Shown piece by piece: positions 57,704 to 64,000 of a stretch of 64,000 bases of DNA. The DNA lies in the IMG/VR virus record IMGVR_UViG_3300028048_000069, positions 1 through 64,000 of that record; one strand, 5' to 3'. Position 1 is the first letter of the stretch, and the number at the start of each line of letters is the position of its first letter. A program made the position numbers and the translations under genes. Under the pieces are notes generated by a model, which had not been told where the DNA came from, did no database searches, and worked only from the letters and a program-made list of their open reading frames with translations. This stretch comes from a virus (lineage: Duplodnaviria; Caudoviricetes).

Positions 57704-60387
57704 TGGAAGCATATTTATCTCGCGGTAAGAAATTTATAGGAGATAGTATTATACTAAAGTTTGACTACGACCAAACTTTAGTTAATTTTGTTAAAGCACT
57801 TCCTTTAAGATTTTATGACCCAGATACAAAAACTTGGGAGATACCATTAGAGCAATTTCCTAGGTTTATTGATTTTTATAAAAAACCGATTACTCTACAT
57901 ATTTTTTATTCAAAGCCAAAAGATAAAAAAGAATTGGAAATACCTAGTGATTATAAATTTCCTTTTAATCCGTATCCACATCAATTAGAAGGAATTAAAT
58001 TTGGATTAAATCACGACAATTTTTTATTATCAGATCAACAAGGTTTGGGTAAAACAGTTCAATCCGCAACTATTGCTTGTATCCGTAAAAAGTTATATGG
58101 ATATAAACATTGTTTAATTGTATGCGCCATCAATGGTTCTAAATATAATTGGAAGAAGGAATGTGAGTTGTTTACTGAAGAAAAAGCACATATTCTAGGT
58201 ACAAGAACAACTAAAAATGGACACGAAGTTATTAAATCAAGTGTAGAGAAAATAGAAGATATAAATAATATTGATAACCTACCATTTTTTATTATTACCA
58301 ATAAAGAAACATTGCGAAATAAAGATATTATTAAGGCATTAGAAAAACAATCAGATAAAATAGATATGTGTATTTATGATGAAATACATATGTCTAAAAA
58401 TATTCAATCACAACAAGGTAAAGGATTATTAAAGGTAGATTGCGGATGCAAAATTGCTTTATCAGGTACACCAATTTTAAATAATCCATTAGATACCTAT
58501 ATGGTAATGAGATGGTTGGGATATGAAACCCATAGTATGACCGCTTATAAGCAAAGATATTGTGAATTTGGTGGTTATGGTGGGTATGAAATTGTTGGGT
58601 ATAAAAACATAAACGAATTAAAAGAAAGGTTTAGTGGTGTTCAATTAAGAAGATTAAAGGAAAACTGCCTTAATTTACCGCCAAAAATATATGAAACCGA
58701 ATATTTAGAATTATCTCAAAAACAAAGAATTTTATACAGTGAAGTATATAATGATATTGCCTTCAATGTAGATAATAAAGATTTAAGCCAAAACCCATTA
58801 GTTAGAACAATTAGGTTGAGGCAAGTTACAGCAAATCCAGCCATTTTGAGCGATAAAATAACAGATTCAGTAAAATATGATAGATGTATAGAGATGGTTG
58901 AAGAGTTAAGCAAAGAAGGCCGAAAATGCCTTATATTTAGCAATTGGGTAGATGTTATTAACCCATTGTATGTTTTACTCCAAAAATACAATCCTGCCCT
59001 AATAATAGGAGGAACAAAGGATATAGAGAAGGAAAAGAGCAAGTTAAATACAGACCCTACTTGTTCTTGTTGTTTAGGTACTATTGGTGCTATGGGAACA
59101 TCCCACACATTAACTGGGGCAGATACTGTTATATTTTTAGATGAACCTTGGAATAGAGGTACAAAAGAACAGTGCGAAGATAGATGTTTTTTGAAAGGTA
59201 CAGAAATTTTAACCCCTCTTGGTTTTAAATCCATAGAAGATATAAAAGTAGGGGATATGGTATACAGTGGAGATGGAAAAATTGTTAAAGTAAAAGATGC
59301 TTGGGTAACAAATTATAATGGAAATATTGCAAAAATAAAATTATGGGGGTCTAAAAAACCCATTTATTGTACAGAAGACCATAGATTTCTTGTTGATGGT
59401 AAGTGGATAGAAGCAAAACATTTATCTAAAGGTTCTATCTTATCATTTATAGAGAATAATAATAAAGACTATAATGATTTTATATATCCACCGAATTTAT
59501 GTAAATGTAAGAGAATATTTATAGGAAATAAAGGTCAATTAATTACAAATGGTAGACTTATAAATGCAAAGCCTATAAAAATAACTGATGAATTTTTATA
59601 TTTCTGTGGTTATTATTTAGGAGATGGATTTTCAAGAGTATCAGAGAGCGGAGGAAGTTGCATAGGTGTTTCAGGAAATACCTATAGTAAAATGGAAGCA
59701 TTAAAATTATGTAATAAATGGTTTAAACAAGTAGGACTTAAAACAAGTTATTTTAAATCAAAAAAAGACAAGGGTAATGAAATAAGGTCTTATAGTAGAG
59801 AATATGCTTTATGGTTTAAATATTTATTTGGCGATAACACTTATGAAAAACATTTTCCAGATTTTATTTATAAACTAAGTAATAGACAGTTAGAAATTTT
59901 ATTAAAAGGACTAAAAGATTCTGACGGTTATGTTAGAAAAACTCATCAATTTTCTTATTCAACCACTTCAAATAAATTATGTGCCAATGTATTATGGTTA
60001 TTATCTGTTTGTGGTTATAAGCCTTCTTATAGTTGGAGTAAAAGTTCAAAATGTTTTGTTTTAAATTGTATTTTAAATAAAGATTCTTCTAATTATAGAA
60101 TTAGAAGTGGAAAAATACGAAGTATAGAGTTTGAACATAAAAAAGATGTTGTTTATGATATTGAAGTAGAAGGAAATCATACTTTTGTTGTAAATAATAT
60201 CGTTGTCCACAATTGCCATCGTATTGGTACTAAAAATACAGTAAATATTATTACCTTTATTTGTAAAAATACTATTGATGAGAGAATAAATCAAATAGTA
60301 CAAGAAAAGGGTGAGTGGGCGGATTGTATTGTAGATGGAAAAGTTTTGAGAAAGTCCGAAGAAATTTTAAAGTTTTTATTATCGTAG
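57703..60387 (+). CDS. SNF2-family helicase (HARP-like N-terminus) interrupted by an intein
   Basis: DQQGLGKT, DEIH, LSGTP and motif VI QCEDR|CHRIG split by the intein. Confidence 0.9.
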   Translation: MEAYLSRGKKFIGDSIILKFDYDQTLVNFVKALPLRFYDPDTKTWEIPLEQFPRFIDFYKKPITLHIFYSKPKDKKELEIPSDYKFPFNPYPHQLEGIKFGLNHDNFLLSDQQGLGKTVQSATIACIRKKLYGYKHCLIVCAINGSKYNWKKECELFTEEKAHILGTRTTKNGHEVIKSSVEKIEDINNIDNLPFFIITNKETLRNKDIIKALEKQSDKIDMCIYDEIHMSKNIQSQQGKGLLKVDCGCKIALSGTPILNNPLDTYMVMRWLGYETHSMTAYKQRYCEFGGYGGYEIVGYKNINELKERFSGVQLRRLKENCLNLPPKIYETEYLELSQKQRILYSEVYNDIAFNVDNKDLSQNPLVRTIRLRQVTANPAILSDKITDSVKYDRCIEMVEELSKEGRKCLIFSNWVDVINPLYVLLQKYNPALIIGGTKDIEKEKSKLNTDPTCSCCLGTIGAMGTSHTLTGADTVIFLDEPWNRGTKEQCEDRCFLKGTEILTPLGFKSIEDIKVGDMVYSGDGKIVKVKDAWVTNYNGNIAKIKLWGSKKPIYCTEDHRFLVDGKWIEAKHLSKGSILSFIENNNKDYNDFIYPPNLCKCKRIFIGNKGQLITNGRLINAKPIKITDEFLYFCGYYLGDGFSRVSESGGSCIGVSGNTYSKMEALKLCNKWFKQVGLKTSYFKSKKDKGNEIRSYSREYALWFKYLFGDNTYEKHFPDFIYKLSNRQLEILLKGLKDSDGYVRKTHQFSYSTTSNKLCANVLWLLSVCGYKPSYSWSKSSKCFVLNCILNKDSSNYRIRSGKIRSIEFEHKKDVVYDIEVEGNHTFVVNNIVVHNCHRIGTKNTVNIITFICKNTIDERINQIVQEKGEWADCIVDGKVLRKSEEILKFLLS
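59185..60213 (+). mobile_element. 343-aa intein with LAGLIDADG endonuclease
   Basis: Starts CFLKGTEILT; block B CTEDHRF; GYYLGDG and GLKDSDG; ends VYDIEV..NHTF...VVHN with +1 Cys. Confidence 0.93.
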
Positions 60388-60397
60388 GGGAATATAT

Positions 60398-61054
60398 ATG
60401 CCTAAAGATTGGGTTGGAAATAAAGCATCCACATTTAAGATGATAGCGGCCACAAACCATGCACCAGAAGGGTATGAAAGAGAGAGCAGAGATTTTTATG
60501 CTACAGAACCGAAAGCAGCAGAGTTATTATTAGAAGTAGAGCCGAATTTAACCAATATTTGGGAAAATGCTGCTGGAAAATGTCATCTTGCAAATGTATT
60601 CGAAAAAGCAGGTAAATTAGGTCGTAAATCAGACATTATAAATCGTATGGATGACCCAAATTTAGAAGTAAAAGATTTTTTAACTAGTAGTGGAAAGGGG
60701 TTATTAGGCAAAAAAGAAGTGTGGGATGGAGATATAGTTACAAATCCACCTTATGCATTTGCCCAAGAATGGGTAGAGAAATCTATAGAAACAGTTACCG
60801 AAGGTCATAAAGTTTGTTTGTTTTTAAAATTGACATTTTTAGAAGGACAAGCACGAAGGGAGATGTATAAGAAATATCCACCTAAAGTAGTGTATGTATG
60901 TTCTAGCAGAATATGTTGTGCTATGAATGGTGAGTTTGAAGTTGTTGATAAGAAAACAGGCAAAATGAAACCGATAGGTTCTGCAGTATGTTATGCTTGG
61001 TTTGTATGGGAAAAGGGGTTCAAAGGTGACCCAATAATTAAATGGATAAATTAA
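60398..61054 (+). CDS. N6-adenine DNA methyltransferase (phage type)
   Basis: DFYATEP, WENAAG.., IVTNPPY and YAWFVW. Confidence 0.85.
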   Translation: MPKDWVGNKASTFKMIAATNHAPEGYERESRDFYATEPKAAELLLEVEPNLTNIWENAAGKCHLANVFEKAGKLGRKSDIINRMDDPNLEVKDFLTSSGKGLLGKKEVWDGDIVTNPPYAFAQEWVEKSIETVTEGHKVCLFLKLTFLEGQARREMYKKYPPKVVYVCSSRICCAMNGEFEVVDKKTGKMKPIGSAVCYAWFVWEKGFKGDPIIKWIN

Positions 61055-61066
61055 AGGACTGATTTT

Positions 61067-62773
61067 ATGAAAATAAGAAATGTTTTATCACTTTTTGATG
61101 GTATATCTTGCGGTCAATTAGCATTACATAGAGCAGGTATAGAATATGACACATATTATGCTAGTGAAATAGATAAAAATCCTATTTACATTACTCAATA
61201 TAATTTCCCCAATACAATTCAGTTAGGGGATGTAGAAAAATGGAAAGAATGGGATATTGATTGGAGTAAAATTGACTTGTTAATCGGCGGTAGTCCTTGT
61301 ACAAATCTTTCAATCGCTGGAAACAGAGAGGGGTTAGAAGGAGAAGAATCAAGATTATTTTACTCTTATGTAGATATTCTTAATCATATTAAAAAGTTTA
61401 ATCCTAATGTAAAATTTTTACTTGAAAATGTTGAGAGTATGAGTGATGAAAATAAAGGCATTATAAATAATTATATGGGGTGTAAGCCTGTTATGATAAA
61501 TTCAGCATTACTTTCAGCACAAAATCGTAAAAGATATTATTGGGTTAATTGGCATTTGAAAAAGGAAAGTTTATTCGGACTTCCCACCTGCACGATACCA
61601 CAGCCAAAAGACAAAGGCATTGTGCTAAAAGATATTTTAGAGAGTAGTGTTAAAGAAATTAAGGAGCCTAATTTAGCGCATTATTTGAGAGAGTTTGGTT
61701 CGAAAGGAAAAATATTACTGGATGATGAAAAAGCATCCACTTTAACTGCTGCTATGGGTGAAGGCGGTGGAAATGTTCCTTGTGTGGCAAATGAAGTTTC
61801 TCAAAAGTATTATTCTGGCAGAATTGTAGGGAGACCTTTAGATGAAAACGGAAAGAGAAAAGACAATGCCAATCTTGAACTTACGCAAGTTGTAGAAATA
61901 AGTTCCGACCCAAATAAAGCAAATAATTTAAGCACAGTTCAAAAAGATAATGTAATTGTAGAAAAAATAGATGCTAGTTGTTTAAGGTACGAAAGAACGG
62001 AAGAAGGTAAGAAATTAAGAAAACAGTATGAAAATGGTGAAATTAAACATGGTTATAATGAACATAGAATGTTATCACCTAGAACTGATGGTAAGACAAA
62101 CACTCTTACAACTGTAGAAAAAGATAATATGATTTTTGAACCTATTTGTGTAAATAGCCAAAGTGGTCGAGCAGATGGTTTAGCAAAACAACCTTCTTGT
62201 GCGGATAGAATTTATGATGTTAATGGAAAAAGTGTAGCATTGGCGAGTGGGTGGAAACAAAATATAGCAGAACCTATGAATAATTTTGTTAAAAAGAAGT
62301 ATGAAGAGTTTGCTACTGAAAAAGGGTATATTCCCACACAATTTAATCCCTATAATAAACAAGAAATTACTGATAAAGCACCTTCACAGACTACTAGAGC
62401 AGGTTCAACCGCAACAAGTAGCACTGTACTTATGTTCGAACCTTATAGATTAGGAACTTTAGAAGGTAGAAGTACAGGTCAAGCAAACAGAATATATTCA
62501 GTTCAAGGGAAATCTATTTGTTTAAATGCTAATGGCGGTGGTGGCGGTGCTAAAACTGGTTTATATAAAATAAATCTACCAGATGGGGAATATATTATAA
62601 GAAAACTTACTCCTATTGAATGCGAACGACTACAAACAGTGCCAGATAACTATACAGAATATGGTTTAAACGGAGATAAAAAGGTTAAAATTTCTAATGG
62701 TGCTCGATATAAAGCATTAGGAAATGGATGGACAGTAGATGTAATCAGTTATATATTTTCATTTTTAGTATAA
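61067..62773 (+). CDS. C5-cytosine DNA methyltransferase with expanded variable region
   Basis: SLFDG, GGSPC, LENV, Q.R.R, LTPIECERLQ and LGNGW. Confidence 0.92.
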   Translation: MKIRNVLSLFDGISCGQLALHRAGIEYDTYYASEIDKNPIYITQYNFPNTIQLGDVEKWKEWDIDWSKIDLLIGGSPCTNLSIAGNREGLEGEESRLFYSYVDILNHIKKFNPNVKFLLENVESMSDENKGIINNYMGCKPVMINSALLSAQNRKRYYWVNWHLKKESLFGLPTCTIPQPKDKGIVLKDILESSVKEIKEPNLAHYLREFGSKGKILLDDEKASTLTAAMGEGGGNVPCVANEVSQKYYSGRIVGRPLDENGKRKDNANLELTQVVEISSDPNKANNLSTVQKDNVIVEKIDASCLRYERTEEGKKLRKQYENGEIKHGYNEHRMLSPRTDGKTNTLTTVEKDNMIFEPICVNSQSGRADGLAKQPSCADRIYDVNGKSVALASGWKQNIAEPMNNFVKKKYEEFATEKGYIPTQFNPYNKQEITDKAPSQTTRAGSTATSSTVLMFEPYRLGTLEGRSTGQANRIYSVQGKSICLNANGGGGGAKTGLYKINLPDGEYIIRKLTPIECERLQTVPDNYTEYGLNGDKKVKISNGARYKALGNGWTVDVISYIFSFLV

Positions 62774-62797
62774 TATAGATACCGCAGAGAGAAACAT

Positions 62798-63589
62798 ATG
62801 ATTGAGACCAATAAAATATACAATGCTGATTGTATTGAATTTATGGGGGATATGTCAAAGGAGAACCTAAAGGTGGATCTCGTTTTGACATCTCCCCCTT
62901 ATAATACATCTAGAGTAACTGGTACTTTGGAAAATTATGAAAAAAGATACGATTGCTATCAAGAAGATAAAAGTAATGCCGATTATGACGAGTGGACATT
63001 AAATGTTTTTAAAGGGTTTGATAGTATTCTTAAAGAGAATGGGTGTGTAATTTATAATATTTCCTATGGCAACGAAAATCCAAGTCAAATGTTCACCTGT
63101 ATCAATAAAATTTTAGTAGGAAGTAATTTTACTATAGCAGATGTTATAGGGTGGAAAAAGCATAGTGCTATACCTAATAATGTTAGCCATAATAAATTAA
63201 CAAGAATTTTTGAATTTGTGTTCGTATTATGTAGAAAATCGGAATATTCTACTTTTTATTGTAATAAGAAGATGCTTAATAAAAGTATTACTGGCCAGAA
63301 AATATACGAGAATATTTATAATATAATTGATGCGCGAAATAATGATGAATCAACAAGTTTAAATAAGGCAACATTTAGCACAGAATTTGTTTGTAAACTT
63401 CTCAATATATACGGAAGGGAAAATGGATTGGTATTTGACCCTTTTATGGGTACAGGGACAACTGCTATCGCTTGTAAAAAATATGGTCTATCTTATTTAG
63501 GTACAGAACTATCAAAAGAACAATGCGAGCACGCCAACAGTAGATTGTCTGGTACTTCTTCCCCATTATTTAAACATAAGTTTAATTAA
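62798..63589 (+). CDS. N4-C/N6-A DNA methyltransferase (beta class)
   Basis: TSPPYN and DPFMGTGTTA. Confidence 0.9.
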   Translation: MIETNKIYNADCIEFMGDMSKENLKVDLVLTSPPYNTSRVTGTLENYEKRYDCYQEDKSNADYDEWTLNVFKGFDSILKENGCVIYNISYGNENPSQMFTCINKILVGSNFTIADVIGWKKHSAIPNNVSHNKLTRIFEFVFVLCRKSEYSTFYCNKKMLNKSITGQKIYENIYNIIDARNNDESTSLNKATFSTEFVCKLLNIYGRENGLVFDPFMGTGTTAIACKKYGLSYLGTELSKEQCEHANSRLSGTSSPLFKHKFN

Positions 63590-63593
63590 TAGT

Positions 63594-63932
63594 ATGAGAT
63601 ACGAAACTAAAAAGGGTTTATTTAAACCCAAACCACTACCTATTTCTAAAATTTATAATAATAGGATGGAAAATGACAAGAATTTTACTTACATAATTCT
63701 TAATTTTTCTAAAGAGCCTGTTATAATAAACTTATTGTTTGAATATGTAAAAAGTCTGCCTTTTACTTTAAGTTCAAAGTATTTTAAGAAACAGTTAAAA
63801 TTATTAGAACCACTAACAGTTGATGAACAGATACGAATTATTAGTAAAACTGTTGAAAAAGGTTGGAAATCTTTACTTTTTGAATATAACCGAGTGGTTA
63901 AAGAACGATTGGGCGAGTTAGATAGCGAGTAG
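63594..63932 (+). CDS. Hypothetical protein
   Basis: 112-aa ORF. Confidence 0.55.
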   Translation: MRYETKKGLFKPKPLPISKIYNNRMENDKNFTYIILNFSKEPVIINLLFEYVKSLPFTLSSKYFKKQLKLLEPLTVDEQIRIISKTVEKGWKSLLFEYNRVVKERLGELDSE

Positions 63933-63935
63933 ATA

Positions 63936-64000
63936 TGGGTAAAATATTGAATGATAAGTATTATACCCCCAAAGAATTAGCAAAAAGGCTTATAGAAACT
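63936..64000 (+). CDS. 5' end of a probable further DNA methyltransferase (partial)
   Basis: MGKILNDKYYTPKELAKRLIE; the D.YYTP start is typical of amino-MTases. Confidence 0.45.

Noticed and set aside
963-62362. Numerous 60-170-aa minus-strand and out-of-frame ORFs in the track (e.g. 2524-2832, 20356-20727, 26071-26490, 58716-59234)
   Set aside because: They are shadows of well-supported + strand genes, with no RBS and biased composition. Only 12402-13409 and 15995-16126 have independent support on the minus strand.
1-64000. Stop-codon reassignment (common in some large gut phages)
   Set aside because: Genes are full length in code 11, TAG and TGA terminate genes with tight coupling to the next start, and no suppressor tRNA was seen.
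1-64000. CRISPR array, diversity-generating retroelement or integrase
   Set aside because: No regularly spaced nucleotide direct repeats, reverse transcriptase, cas gene or recombinase was seen. The ASKKVKS repeats are coding and degenerate at the DNA level.

Overview
64 kb of an AT-rich, large (jumbo-type) contractile-tailed dsDNA phage genome. It is almost entirely + strand and reads in standard code 11. Layout: (1) 1-11.9 kb, head-associated/virion cargo genes plus an M15 endolysin. (2) 12-27 kb, tail assembly chaperones, tape measure, baseplate and tail fibre. (3) 27.6-35 kb, split Rad50/Mre11, an MTase, NinG, a degenerate chaperonin-like protein and a sigma-like protein. (4) 35-47.5 kb, ClpP-like protease, terminase, nrdG/nrdD, portal and a neck-like protein. 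(5) 48.4-53 kb, 11 tRNAs, a ~700-nt highly structured non-coding RNA, arginine decarboxylase, GT9 and PAP2. (6) 54-64 kb, CofE-like ligase, GuaC, an intein-containing SNF2 helicase and several DNA MTases. Two recurring promoter-like motifs separate the gene classes: TCATTTA(G/T)ATTT(T)ATA precedes structural genes and TTAGTATAATAT precedes non-structural genes. The most striking unexplained pattern is that nine otherwise unrelated proteins share an N-terminal leader M-K-F-x-[KR]-x-[ILV]-K-[SA], and a related linker (ASKKVKS) recurs inside two large modular proteins. This suggests a capsid-targeting/protease-processing system that loads a variable library of effector domains, including two ADP-ribosyltransferase-like proteins, into the virion. 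All family calls come from motif recognition by eye; no searches were run.
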